A stretch of DNA of 64,000 nt from an uncultured Gemmataceae bacterium (GTDB lineage: Bacteria; Planctomycetota; Planctomycetia; Gemmatales; Gemmataceae), in NCBI GenBank assembly GCA_963750165.1, contig CAVVPN010000003.1, positions 1,376,001 to 1,440,000 of the forward strand. Reading direction: 5' to 3'. Shown here piece after piece: positions 18,848 through 30,269 of the stretch (position 1 is the first letter of the stretch; each line of letters starts with the position of its first letter). The translations under genes and the position numbers were made by a program. Under the pieces are notes generated by a model, which worked only from the letters and a program-made list of their open reading frames with translations, was not told where the DNA came from and did no database searches.

Positions 18848-21800
18848 TCACGGGCCCGGGACCATGCGTACGCGCAGGCCACCGCTCTTCACGCTGGTCA
18901 CCAGTCGTGTGCCGTCGCCGCTCAGCGCCAGGCCGAACGTTTGCCCGTCCGGCTCCAAAAAACGCCGCAGCATGCGTCCGGTGTCCACCTCCCACACGGT
19001 AATCCGGGGATCCAGCTGGTGCTGTTTATCCAACCGCTCCGTGGCGGTCGCCACGCGCTTGCCGTCAGCGCTCGAGCACCACCTGCCGCACCACCTGCCC
19101 ATCGCCCGCCAGCTGGATCACCTGCTTGCCGCTGTCCGCGTCCCAGACCCGAACGGCGCCGTTGTCGAAGCCCACGGCCACGCGCTTGCCGTCGGCGCTG
19201 AGCGCGAGACAACGGGTATGGCCGTCGTTGCCCTCCACCATCTGCCGACCCGCACCACGGCTGTCCGTGTCCCACACCTTGATCGCCCCGTTCTTGTGCC
19301 GCGTCGCCAGCCGGTGGCCGTCCCCGCTCAGGGCGAGGTCAATAACCGGGTTGGGGGTGTCCGTCTTCCACAGTTCCTTGCCGCTATCGGCGTCCCAGAG
19401 TTTGACCGTCCCGACGGCGTTGGCACGGGCGACGCGGCGGCCATCGCCGCTCAGGGCAGCCGCGTGCCACCAGTCTTGATGCTCCTTCAGCAGCGTCTTC
19501 GGCTGGTCGGCTTTGGGGTTCCACAAAAACATCTCCAGAAGTGGGCCTGGAATGTTTTTTTCAAAGTGCCCGGCAAAACTGGCAATCCGCTCGCCGTCGG
19601 CGCTCAGGGCCACGGCCGTGACGGGCGTCTGGTGTCCGGGCAGCACGCGCAGCACCTGACCGGTGTTGCCGTCCCACAGGCGCACGATGCCGTTGCCGTC
19701 ACCGCTGACGACGCGGCCGCCGTCCGCCGTCACCGCCGCGCTGTGGATCGAATGGGGGCACTTCAGCGCCAGGTAATCCAGGTCGTTGTCGGCGTCCCAG
19801 GCCCTGGCGTAGCGATCGCGGCCGCCGCTCAGCAGCCGCTTGCCGTCCCGGCTCAGGGCCAGGCCCAGTACCAGGCCGTGGTGCCCGTGCAGCGCCACCA
19901 GTTCCTGTCCCGTCGTCAGATCCCAGATTTTAATGGCGTTGGGGAAGCTGCCGCTGAACGCCCGCGTGCCGTCGGAACTGATCGCCACGCACGGCACCCG
20001 GAACCCATTCCCGGGCAGCGTCACCAGCAAATCGCCGGTCGCCGCGTCCCAGACGCGCACCGTACCGTCCTGGCCGCCGCTGACGACACGCCGGCCGTCG
20101 CCGGACACCGCCACGCACAGCACGCCGCCCTTGTGGCCGCGCAGCGTCCGCAATTCCTTGCCCGTCTCCGCGTCCCACACCTTGACGGTGCCGTCCTGGC
20201 TGGCGCTGACCACCTGGCGGCCCCCGTCCGCGAACGTCACGGCCCAGACCCAGTCCGTGTGGCCGCTCAGTGTCCGCAGGGCCTTGCCGGTGTCCGCGTC
20301 CCAGAGCCGCACCGTCATGTCGAAACTGCCGCTGGCAACGCGCTTGCCGTCGAGGCTGAGGGCGACGCCGGCCACGGCCATCTTGTGACCCGTCAGCGTC
20401 CACACGACCTTGCGGTTCGCCACGTCCCACACCTTCACCTTACCGTCCACGCCGCCACTCACCGCCCGACCGCCGTCCCGGTCCAGCGCGACCGCCAGCA
20501 CGTCGCCCCTATGTCCATTCGGCGGGGAAACTTCAAACCCGGTCCCCATGTCCCAGAAGACCAGGTCACCATCCTGGCCGGCGCCGGCGGCCCGCTGGCC
20601 GTCGCCGCTCAGGGCCACGGCGATGACCGCCCCGGGGCGCCGCAAGGAGGTCCAGCTCTCCGGCCGCAGGCCCAGGTCCCAGACCTTGACCGTGTTGAGC
20701 AGGCTGCCCATGACCACCCGCTTGCCGTCGCCCGAGAGGGCCACGCTGTACACCGTCACCGGCAGGTCGCGCAGCGTCAAAATCGGCTGCCCCGTGTGGG
20801 TGTCCCAAAGTTTGGTAGTCCGGTCGCCGCTGCCGCTGGCGATGCGGTTGCCGTCGTGGCTGTACGCCAGGCCCAGCACCGAGTCGGTGTGTCCCTCCAG
20901 CCTTGTGAGATGGCGGCCGGTGTCGCCGTCAAAGACGTGGAGGACAGGGTCGTCGCCGGAAGTGACCAGGCGTTTGCCGTCGGCACTCAAGGCGATGGCG
21001 CGGATGGCCTTCGAGCCGGCCTGGAAGGCGCGACCGTTGTTGGTGTCAAGAATTCGGTCGCGAATCATGCCGCTCATGTCGCCGCAGACCACGCGCTGGC
21101 CGTCCGGGGTGATGGCCAGGCAGGTGACGGCCGCAGTTTGGTCCTTGAACACCTGGAGTTCCTTGCCGGTCCTGGCGTCCCAGACGCGGACGGTCCTGTC
21201 TGCGCCGCCGCTGAAGACGCGGCTGCCATCGTTGCTGAGGGCCACGGCCAGCACGTCCCCGCTGTGCCCCAACAGCCGGCGCACTTCCTTGCCGCTGTCG
21301 ATGTCCCACAGATGGACCTGAGGGCCGCTGGCACTGGCGACCCGCTTGCCATCCGGCGTGATGGCGACGGCGACCACCTTCTGATTAAAGCCGTGCTCCA
21401 GAGTGCGAAGTTCCTGGCCGGTGTCGCCATCCCACACTTTGACGGTGCAGTCGTGGCTGGCGCTGGCGATGCGCTTGCCGTCCGGCGTGACGGCCACGGC
21501 CCGGACCGGGGCTTTGTGGCCGCTCAGACCGCGTTCGACGCGGTTGTACAGCGTCCACAGGAAACGGTGCCCCCAGCCGCGGAATTCGAGCCGGCACTCC
21601 GCCAGCAGGTCCAGCGCCCGGATGAAGTCGCCGGCCTGGCCCTCGCGCAGCGCCAGTGCTACCTTGTTGTCGTACAGCAACCGCTCCGCCCGCAGCAGCG
21701 CCTGCTCGGCCCGCTGCTTATCGAGTTTCGCTTCCAGGGCGTTGTTGCTCGCCTCTTGCCGGGCCGTCTCCGCGTTGACCTTGGCGATGACTTCGGCCTC

Positions 21801-23102
21801 CCGACTATTGACCGCCGCGCGCTCGTTACGCTCGGCGACCGTCTTCTGCGCGGCGAACTGAAGCCGCGCCTCCTCGGCGTCACGCTGGCCCTGCCGCGCC
21901 TCCTCGGCGCTGGCGTGAGCCCAGAGCGCGAAGCCCCACGCCACCGCCGTGCCCAGCAGCAGCGCCGTCGCCACCGCGCCCAGCAGTCCGGCAATGGCGG
22001 GGTTGCGCCGGCCCCAGCGCAGCAGCCGTTCCGCCGCGCCCACCGGTCGCGCCAGGATCGGCTCGCCGTTGCGGTAGCGGCGCAGGTCGTCCGCCAGTTC
22101 GCGCGGCCCGGCGTAGCGCTTGTGCGGCTCTTTTTCCAGGCATTTCAGGCAGATGGTGTTCAGGTCGTGCGGCGTCCCGGGGGCCAGCTGCGACGGCGCC
22201 GCCGGCTCGGTTTGCAGCACCTGCTTGAGCGTCTCCAGGGCGGTCGGGGCGTTGAACGGCGGCCTGCCGGTCAGGCACTCGTAAAGGATGGCGCCCAGCG
22301 CGTACACGTCCGCCGCCGGGCCGACCTCGCGGTTCTTGCCGGCGGCCTGCTCGGGGGCCATGTAACTGGGCGTGCCCAAAATGTGGCCACTGACCGTCTG
22401 ATGGGCCATATCGAGGCGCTTGGCCAGGCCAAAGTCGGCGATCTTGGGGGTGCCGTCGGTGGCGAGCAGCACGTTGGCGGGCTTCAGGTCGCGGTGGACG
22501 ATGCGCACCTGGTGGACCACTTCCAGGGCACGGGCCAGCGCCTCGACCAGCGTGGCGGCCTCATCGGGCGAGAGCGGCTTGCCGGCGAGCTTCTGGTGCA
22601 GGCCGCCGCCGGGGCAGTATTCCAGGGCCAGGAAGGGCCGGCCCTGGTGCGCGCCGACGTGGTAAATCTGCACGATGTTAGGGTGCTGCAGTCGGGCGAC
22701 CGTCTCCGCCTCGGCCTGGAAGCGGGCCAACTCGGCGGCGTCGGCGTCGGGGCCGGCGCGGAGCACCTTCAGCGCCACGGTGCGGTTCAGGCTGACCTGG
22801 CGGGCCTTGTAGACGACGCCCATGCCACCGCGGCCCAGTTCGACCAGATCGGTGTAGTCGGGGATGTGCGGCATTTCCGGGACGGTCGGCCACGGCACAC
22901 CCAGGGTCGCGCCCAGCGGCGGGGCGGAGCCGGGCGTGACGGGCGGCGGCAGCAGGCGGGCGGACAGGGTGTGCAGTTCCTTCAGGTGTCGCTGACACTC
23001 CGGGCAGTTCGCGACGTGGACCGTCAGCAGGGCGGCCTCGTCCGCGCCGAGGCGGTCGTCCAGGAATTGACGCAGCTGCTCGCTCGGGGGACAGGCGGTC
23101 AT
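18848..23102 (-). CDS. Ser/Thr protein kinase with TM segment and many WD40 repeats (apparent frameshift near 19070)
   Basis: LGRGGMGVVY, VALK, HRDLKPAN, DFG, GTPSYMAPE; N-terminal HVANCPEC zinc finger; GH..WD repeats continue in ORF 18848-19102. Confidence 0.92.
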
Positions 23103-23194
23103 GGGTCGTCCTCGCTGGCCGCGGGCGGGACGGCTTTTCCCGGCCATTATGACGGTGCGCGGGACGGCCTGCAACTGTCGCTCCGAGTTCTTTC

Positions 23195-23249
23195 GTGGGA
23201 TGGGCTTGCAGCCTGTCGAGCAGCATGACAGGCCGGAAGCCCATCCTCC
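23195..23249. repeat. Degenerate REP-like doublet GTGGGATGGGCTTGCAGCCTGTC
   Basis: Inverted pair of imperfect palindromes in an intergenic spacer. Confidence 0.65.
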
Positions 23250-23264
23250 CGTAGACAATCCGCT

Positions 23265-24227
23265 TTATTTCTCCCGGCCCCACTGCTTGCCCAGGGCCTC
23301 CCAGTCGCGCTCCGGCTGCACGATCAGGCCCAGCACCACGCCGCTCGGGACAGGATAAGTCGGGCACACGGGAGTCACGTCGCCGAAGTGGTTTTTCAAG
23401 GAATTCTCCGTCACGGTAAGCGCCTTTCTGTCCTCCCGCGTCGCCCCGGCGCCGGCGTGGTACAGCACCGGGCCTTCGGGAAACGTCTGTGCCTGCACCC
23501 AGTCACGCACGCGGCGATAGCGCCGCGGCGTGTCGGCCACACTTGTCAGGTAGACGATGAAATAGCCCGCCGCCTGGGCCTTCGCCAGCGCCACCCGGGC
23601 CGCGTTCAGGCCGGCGAACGCGCGCACGGTCTCGGCCTTGCGAAAGTCCTCGGCCCGGTCGGTCAGCGTATGCACATCCACCAGCAGCACCTTGGCCGGC
23701 GGCGGCTTGATCCAGATGCGGGCGTTGTCTGTCGCCGTGGTGTTGCGGGCGCGGTCGAGGTAGCGCACCTGGAAAACGAACATCCCCGGTGGCAGCCGGT
23801 CCGGCCAGGCGAGCGCCACGGCCCCGTCCGCGGCCGGTTCGACCGGTTGGTCGCGCGTCTGGTCCGGCCCCGCTGGCGGCACCATGCGTGCCACGTACAC
23901 CTCGCAGGTGGAGAAGTTGACGCTGCCCCCCTCGGCCGACGCCGGTTCGAGCCGGGCCTGGATGCTGTGATCGTCCTGCGGCCCCAGCCAGAGTTGGTCG
24001 AACGCCACGACTTCCAACACGGGCGGCGGCGGCTTCGGCCAGAACCACCACACGGCCAGGCTGACCGGCAGGGCGAACAGCAGCAGCAGGAGCAGTCCCC
24101 ACGCCAGGCGGCGCGGCCGGCGGCTCCGCACGGAACTTTTCAGCTGGGAGGTGAGTTGCTCCAGCCGCGCCGGATCGACGGGCCTTTTGCCGGCGCGGCC
24201 GGGGGGGGTCGGGTCAAGGTTGCTCAT
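23265..24227 (-). CDS. Single-TM hypothetical protein with possible degenerate HAD-like C-terminal domain
   Basis: ATGA overlap with the upstream gene; TM LAWGLLLLLLFALPVSLAVWWFW; VLLVDV..GYFIVYLTS..FPEGPVL pattern. Confidence 0.65.
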   Translation of the reverse strand: MSNLDPTPPGRAGKRPVDPARLEQLTSQLKSSVRSRRPRRLAWGLLLLLLFALPVSLAVWWFWPKPPPPVLEVVAFDQLWLGPQDDHSIQARLEPASAEGGSVNFSTCEVYVARMVPPAGPDQTRDQPVEPAADGAVALAWPDRLPPGMFVFQVRYLDRARNTTATDNARIWIKPPPAKVLLVDVHTLTDRAEDFRKAETVRAFAGLNAARVALAKAQAAGYFIVYLTSVADTPRRYRRVRDWVQAQTFPEGPVLYHAGAGATREDRKALTVTENSLKNHFGDVTPVCPTYPVPSGVVLGLIVQPERDWEALGKQWGREK

Positions 24228-25362
24228 AACGGTGCCGGTTGCTGCCGCAGCTGCGTCGAGGACACGTCCACGCGGAAGCGCTGCGGCGGGATCGCCTGGA
24301 ACAGGTCGCGCCACGCCGCGGGCACGCCGATGCCGTCCAGGTCCAGATATTGTCCGCTGCCGTCGGCCCGGCACGCAACCAGAAATCGGCAGCCGTGGCC
24401 GCGAATCGCGTCCAGCGCTGCCGCCATGCCTGTCTCACCGTCGGCGTAGTAGTGCGGCGCGAACAGCCGCGCCGCCGTGTCCGCCCCGACCACGAACGCC
24501 GTGCCCGGGAACAATCGCGCCTTCTCCGCGAACGTCGGCGCCGCCGTCAGCCAGACCGGCGCCAGCCACGCGAACTGCCGCAGCCGGATCCGCACTTCTT
24601 CGGGTGGAATCGCCCCCTTATCGACATTGCGGACACTCAGCTCGAAGGCGGCCGGCTGGCCGAGCAGTTCGGCGGCGACGCGGGCCAACTCCCGATGGCC
24701 GTGATGCAGCGGGTTGAATGCCCCGGGCAGCAGGGCCGCGGGCGGCGCCGCGGTGGCGTGCAACCGGCCGTCCGGCGCGACGCACAGCATCTGGCCGGCG
24801 CTTACCAGGAGGGCCGCCCCATCCGCGCCCGGTTCCTCCGTCAACCGATCTCCCGGCAGCAACGCGACGGGCAGGGCGGTGCTGATGCCGAACAATCGCG
24901 CCATGGCACCGAGCAGCAGGGCCTTGACCACGGCTTCCTCGCCGGCACGGTCGCGAGCGCCCTTGTCCAGGGTCAGGCTCAGGGTGAGGGTGGCGGTGTC
25001 CGTGCAGACGGTGATGAAGGCGCGATGGTCGCCGCGCTTGGGCCGGTCGGTCGCCAGGCTGGCGGTACAGCCGATGCCGGCGACGGCGTGCCCCGGTGCC
25101 AGCCAGGCGGCGCGGTCGCGGCGCGCGCGGCCATGGCGCGGCTGGTGGCGGCGGAGCAATACTGTTCAGGGGAGTGGCCCAGGAATTCACACAGCGCCCG
25201 TTCGTGATAGGGGATGACGACTTCCAGCAAGGTCCGCGAGCCGCCGGGCACGTTGAGCAGCTGGGCCGCCGCCCCGGTGCCGCCGCCGGTCAGCGCCAGC
25301 ACGTACTGGTAGCGTCCCTCGCGGTGCAGTGCCTCGATCAGTTGACGGGTGGCGGTGTCCAT
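24224..25362 (-). CDS. CinA/PncC-like plus nucleotidyltransferase (NadD-like) fusion; apparent frameshift near 25120
   Basis: N-terminal LTGGG..PGGSRT..PY; C-terminal PGAFNPLHHGH (HxGH), VVGADT, DVSSTQLR; the two ORFs join with one added base. Confidence 0.8.
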
Positions 25363-25443
25363 GAGCGAGCCCTGTCTTTCCTTGCCCTGCTCGGTGCGTG
25401 TAACATCATAAGGATACTCGAACCGCAAGCACCGGACGACGCC

Positions 25444-26307
25444 ATGACCGACCATTTCGATCTTCAAACCGCGGCACGAGCCATGCAGGCAGCAGGCGAG
25501 CAGGGCAAAGCGGTCGCCCCCGTGCTCAAGCGCCTCTGTCCCGCCATTTCCCGGCAGATTGTCACAGATGGGGACACGCCCGGGCTGCTGTCGTTCTGGG
25601 GCCGCAGCGCCAACGTGGATGAAAACGTCGGCCAAACCATCGTCCCGCCGGCGATCCTGCAGGCCATCGGTCAACTGGCCGGGGTGCCGCTGCGGGGGCG
25701 TTTCGTCCACGCTGGCTTGCAGCACACCTACGGCTATCTCTTCAGTCTGATCGAGACGCCGTACGGCTACAAGCGTGACCGCTGGGTGTCGGAGGAGTGG
25801 GAACGCGGCTTCGGCATCGACCGCTCACTGCTCGGCCCGGTCCCGCGGGCCGGCACGCTGCTGGCGAACCTGACCTGGTTCATGGGTCAGGTGGTGTACT
25901 GCGAACTGCCGCGGCCGCTGCATGCCCTCGAACAATGCGCGGCGGCGGTCGCCCCGGAACTTGTTTGCTATCCGTTCCGCGATCTCCCCGTCCGCCGCGT
26001 GGTGGAACAGGTCGAATACCCCCCGGACAGCGGCCGCACGGTGCAGCTGTTTACCGACCTGGTGCCGTACCCCAATCCCCCCGCGGCCCCGGACGCCGAT
26101 GTCGCCGTGCTGCTGTACTCGGTGCAAGCCGGCGCGCGCGTACCGCCGCGGCTCATCACCGCCTTCCCCGTCCGCGAGCAGATGGTGCAGGAACTCACGG
26201 CGTCCGCCTCCGGGCGGGCACGCAAGGATGTGCGGCTGCGCTACAACGCCTACCTGCCGGGACTCTACGGCAAGATCGCGCAGGGCCGCCGCTTCCTGGC
26301 CCGCTAA
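25444..26307 (+). CDS. Hypothetical protein
   Basis: Good codon bias; motif-like HAGLQHTYGYLFSLIETPYGYKRDRW. Confidence 0.75.
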   Translation: MTDHFDLQTAARAMQAAGEQGKAVAPVLKRLCPAISRQIVTDGDTPGLLSFWGRSANVDENVGQTIVPPAILQAIGQLAGVPLRGRFVHAGLQHTYGYLFSLIETPYGYKRDRWVSEEWERGFGIDRSLLGPVPRAGTLLANLTWFMGQVVYCELPRPLHALEQCAAAVAPELVCYPFRDLPVRRVVEQVEYPPDSGRTVQLFTDLVPYPNPPAAPDADVAVLLYSVQAGARVPPRLITAFPVREQMVQELTASASGRARKDVRLRYNAYLPGLYGKIAQGRRFLAR

Positions 26308-26392
26308 GTCAGTGTTCAACGATTACTTCCGCAAAGGGCGGCTAGAATAACCTTGGTCCTTTCGCAGCTTGCTCGAAGGGAGGTAAGGTCCG

Positions 26393-26551
26393 ATGGCCAA
26401 GAAGAAACATCTGGCCAGGAAACGTCTACACAGCGGAAGAGTTGGCGAAGGCAAACCCGGCCCAACAGGCGGAACTCCGCCAACACCTGGAAAGCCGCCG
26501 CCACCGGCGGGTCAACCGCACGCGATCCCCACGCATTCCTCCAGCAGTTAA
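26393..26551 (+). CDS. Small 52-aa basic/Pro-rich protein (MAKKKHLARKR...)
   Basis: Strong RBS AAGGGAGGT upstream of the ATG and TAGAAT at 26343; too short for the ORF track. Confidence 0.5.
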   Translation: MAKKKHLARKRLHSGRVGEGKPGPTGGTPPTPGKPPPPAGQPHAIPTHSSSS

Positions 26552-26593
26552 AGGAAAACCTGCTCCGGCCGGCTTTACCGTCCTGGTTTTTTT

Positions 26594-26714
26594 CTAGGAC
26601 AGCAATCCTGACTGGAGTGGACAGAATTCCCTGTGTATTCAGACAGATGGACTAATGAGCACCGCCATTATTCCCTGGGGAACTCCACGGCTCCAGTCAG
26701 GATTGCCGTCCTAG
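26594..26714. mobile_element. 121-bp MITE, copy 1
   Basis: 24-bp terminal inverted repeats CTAGGAC(A/G)GCAATCCTGACTGGAG; 119/121 identical to 39897-40017. Confidence 0.85.
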
Positions 26715-26752
26715 AAAAAAAGACGAAAGGGTGATGGAGGAAGCGTCCGCCC

Positions 26753-27887
26753 TCAACCGCCTTTTCCGTGCAGCACCTTCTCCAGCAGTGGATACGCCAC
26801 CCGGCCGCTCCACGCATGGCCGCCGTCGAAACGGTCTACCTGCAACTGCTCCGCGGCGCCCAGCACCTTGTACGCCCGGCCCATCCGCTCCAGCGCCCGG
26901 TCCACCCATTTCGGGACCATCAACTTGTCCTTGGCCCCGACCTCCCAGACGCACGGCCGTGGCGCGATCAGTGAGCCGATCTCCGGCACGTCGCCGTACT
27001 CCAGCAGGCCGGGGATCACCTGGGCGCCGCAGCTGTAACGCACCGCCACGCGCTCCTGCATCACGTTCAGCGCCTCCGGAAACCACCGCGACGCGGATGC
27101 GCGGCTCCAGGGCGGCGGTCAGCATGGTCATGCGGCCGCCGTAGGACAGGCCGACGCAGCCGAGTTTCTTCGCGTCCACCTCCGAGCGCCGGGCCAGCAG
27201 TTCCACCGCCCACAGGCAGTCGCGCAGGTTCTCGCCCATCAGCACCTTGCCGAACATTTGCAGTCGCAAAAAGGTGATGCCGCACGCATCCTGTTTGCCG
27301 TAGGTCGCCGGGTCGCCCAGCCGGCGGCCGAACGGCGTCAGGCACGGCACCGCCACCACGTAGCCGCGCCGCACCAGCTGCCGGCCGTAGTCGTAGTTGC
27401 ACGACGCGATCGCCTTGGCCACGCCCGGCTTGTCGTCGCAGCCGGCCACGGGGTCGTAGCCGTAATTGCCGTGGCCGTGCAGCGCCAGCACCCCCGGCCG
27501 CGGTTTGTCCTTGCCGGCGCCTGTCGGCACCAGCACGTGGACCGGCAGCGGCGGGTGGCCGGCGGCGGTCAGGATTAATTCTTCGCGGCGATGGTCCTTC
27601 AGCTCGACGACGCGCTCGACGTGGGTTTTCCACTGGGCGGGCGGCCGGTGCGGGCCGAGCAGGGCGCGGAGCTTGGCGGCGAACTCGGCCTGCCACTTCC
27701 GGCACTCTTCCGCCGTCTGGCCACGGAACTCCAGCTTCAACGGCGCATCCGCGGCCATCTGGCGGAGGCGCTCGTCGATGGTCGGCACCCGCTGTGGCTG
27801 TTGCGCGAACAGTGCGCCCGCGGCGAGCAGGGCCGCGGCGGCAACCGCCAGCAGCGGCCGGCGGACCCAGGAGAAGCATCGACGCAT
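26753..27887 (-). CDS. Exported alpha/beta hydrolase (dienelactone hydrolase/acetyl esterase-like); apparent frameshift near 27075
   Basis: Signal peptide; LALHGHG, GLSYGG nucleophile elbow; LIAPRP and FDGGH lie in the second frame. Confidence 0.85.
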
Positions 27888-28203
27888 GGAAAACCTCCCT
27901 ATCCGGCGCGCCAACAGCAAACGCCTCTTTGCGCCATCACGTCTTACTAATACGGGGAAATTGGCCTGTGCCAAGCATCGGCGCCGCGCCGTGCCAACCG
28001 CCCTACCCGCAGGGCCGTTGCGCTTCTTGCTCCGCGCCTGGCGGTAAGTTCCCTGGGCGGCGCGGGGTGTCGGATTGTGGGTGGGGAATCCGCGCGTCCC
28101 CTGGGGCTGACAGGGGGGTCTGTGAAATGAAACGAGATGAAAACCTTCCCTGGCACTACCTCCATAATACCGCCCAGCCCGCTTCCGGGGAACCGCCTCT
28201 TTC

Positions 28204-28261
28204 GTGGGGCAGGCTTTCCAGCCTGCCGAGGCGCCACGGCAGGCTGGAAAGCCTGCCCCAC
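28204..28261. repeat. REP-like doublet GTGGGGCAGGCTTTCCAGCCTGCC
   Basis: Perfect 24-bp inverted pair with a 10-nt spacer. Confidence 0.85.
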
Positions 28262-28295
28262 ATTCCCAGCCTTGAAACAGTGAACGACCCTGGCC

Positions 28296-29180
28296 CTATC
28301 CGGCCAGCACCTTGACCGGCCGCAGCACCCGCGGCCCGGCCTGGTACTCCGCCACGGCCACAAGCTGGCCCGCCGCGTCGAAGATGGCCACCGCCGCCCC
28401 GTCCGCCGCGTCCGCCGGCAGCGCCAGCGCGCCACCCTGGCGCAGTCGCTGGGCCTGATCCGCGCTGACCGTGACCGCCGGCAATTCGGCGACGGCCGCG
28501 GCCACCGGCAGCAGCCGCGCCCGCGCCACGGCGGCGTCGGCGTTCGGCGGCAGGCCCTGCTCGGCGGTGAACGGCCCCAGCCGTGTCCGCCGCAGCGTTT
28601 GCACCAGCGCCCCGCAGCCGAGCCGCTCGCCCAGGTCGCGGGCCAGCGACCGGATGTACGTCCCCTTGCCGCAGCGCACCTCCAGCTCCAGGTGGGGATA
28701 CGCGAAGCTCGCCACGTCGATGCCGTCGATGCGCACGCGCCGCGGTTGCAGCATCACTTCCTCGCCGCGCCGGGCCAGGTCGTAGGCCCGCTGGCCGGTG
28801 ACGCGCGCGGCCGAGAACTGCGGCGGCACCTGCTCGATCACGCCGACGAACACCCGCAGCTGGGCCTCCACCTCGGCGCGGTCGGGCGGCCGCGCCCCCG
28901 GCATCGGCGTAACGGTGCCGTCGGCGTCGTCGGTGTCGCTGCGGCTGCCGAGCAGCAGACCGGCGCGGTAGGTCTTGGCCATGTCCTGCACATACTCGCT
29001 CAGGCGCGTGGCGGCGCCGGCGCACAGCACCAGCACGCCGGTAGCCAGCGGGTCGAGGGTGCCGGTGTGACCCAGGCGGGTGCCGCGCGGGAACCAGCGC
29101 TGGGCAGCGTCCACCGCGGCCCGCGAGGTCATGCCCGTGGGCTTGTCCAGGACCAGCAACCCGTGAACGGCGGCACTCAT
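28296..29180 (-). CDS. truB: tRNA pseudouridine(55) synthase
   Basis: LDKPTGMTS, GHTGTLDPLATGVL, CGKGTYIRSLARDLG. Confidence 0.97.
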   Translation of the reverse strand: MSAAVHGLLVLDKPTGMTSRAAVDAAQRWFPRGTRLGHTGTLDPLATGVLVLCAGAATRLSEYVQDMAKTYRAGLLLGSRSDTDDADGTVTPMPGARPPDRAEVEAQLRVFVGVIEQVPPQFSAARVTGQRAYDLARRGEEVMLQPRRVRIDGIDVASFAYPHLELEVRCGKGTYIRSLARDLGERLGCGALVQTLRRTRLGPFTAEQGLPPNADAAVARARLLPVAAAVAELPAVTVSADQAQRLRQGGALALPADAADGAAVAIFDAAGQLVAVAEYQAGPRVLRPVKVLAG

Positions 29181-29307
29181 GACGGCACCTCGGGCAAGGG
29201 ATCTCTTTCAGCGGCGGCCTGGGTCGAGTATAACGCGGAGGGTGGGGCCGTCCAGTCTGACGCCGGAGGCGTCTGGACGGTTCGCGCAGCGGAGACAAGG
29301 GGACACC

Positions 29308-30210
29308 ATGCCGGTGCCGGAACTGTGCGTCATCTTCAACCCCAGGGCGGGCCGGCAGCGGGCGGCCCGCCGGCTGGCACAGCTGCGGCATAACTGGGCG
29401 GCCCGCGCGGTCTTCTGGCCGACGGAGCGGCCCGCCCACGCCGAGGAGTTAGCCAAGTATGCGGCCCAGGAGGGCTTCGCCACGGTGGCGGCCGCGGGCG
29501 GCGACGGCACACTGCACGAGGTCGCCAACGGGCTGCTGCAGGCTGGCCGGCCGAACGTGGTGTTCGGCGTGGTGCCGATCGGCTCGGCCAACGACTATGC
29601 CGTCAGCCTCGCGAGCAACGACGTCGGGCAGCACGAGCCGCAGCCGGTGGACGTGGCGACGATCAGCGACGCCACGGGCCGGCAGCGGCACTTCATCTGC
29701 TGCATGGGCCTGGGGCTGAACGGGGCCGTTACCCTGGAGGCGCGGAAGATCAAACGGTTGCAGGGGCTGGCGCTGTACGGCCTGGCGACGCTGCGGGCGC
29801 TGTGGTATCGCTACGCCACGCCGCCGCTGGAGGTGACCATCGACGGTCAACCGCCGGTGACGTGGCCGACGCTGATGCTGAGCGTGATGCTGGGGCGGAG
29901 TGAGGGCGGGTTCGTGATGGCGCCGCGGGCGCGGGTAGATGATGGACTGTTCGACTACCTGCAAGCGGGGGCGCTGTCGCGCTTCGAGGTGATGCGTTTC
30001 CTGCCGCGGATGGCGATCTGGGGGCCGCCGGACGATCACCCCAAGGTGCGCCAGGGCCAGTGCCGTGAACTGACGCTCCGGTCCCCTGTGCCGTTGACCG
30101 TCCACATCGACGGCGAATTTTTCGCCCGCCCCGAGGACGACGTCCGCACGATGCACATCCGCCTGGTGCCGCACGCCCTGCGCCTGCAGGTGTTCACGCC
30201 GGGCCAGTGA
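29308..30210 (+). CDS. Diacylglycerol/lipid kinase family protein (YegS-like)
   Basis: IFNPRAG, AAGGDGTLHEVANG, PIGSANDY, HIDGE. Confidence 0.92.
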   Translation: MPVPELCVIFNPRAGRQRAARRLAQLRHNWAARAVFWPTERPAHAEELAKYAAQEGFATVAAAGGDGTLHEVANGLLQAGRPNVVFGVVPIGSANDYAVSLASNDVGQHEPQPVDVATISDATGRQRHFICCMGLGLNGAVTLEARKIKRLQGLALYGLATLRALWYRYATPPLEVTIDGQPPVTWPTLMLSVMLGRSEGGFVMAPRARVDDGLFDYLQAGALSRFEVMRFLPRMAIWGPPDDHPKVRQGQCRELTLRSPVPLTVHIDGEFFARPEDDVRTMHIRLVPHALRLQVFTPGQ

Positions 30211-30212
30211 TG

Positions 30213-30266
30213 GTCTGTCTTCGTTCGTAGTACCGCCTGAAGGCGGTACTACGAACGAAGACAGAC
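30213..30266. repeat. GTAG-type REP hairpin / bidirectional terminator
   Basis: GTCTGTCTTCGTTCGTAGTACCGCC-TGAA-GGCGGTACTACGAACGAAGACAGAC; core recurs at ~53394-53411. Confidence 0.8.
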
Positions 30267-30269
30267 TCG

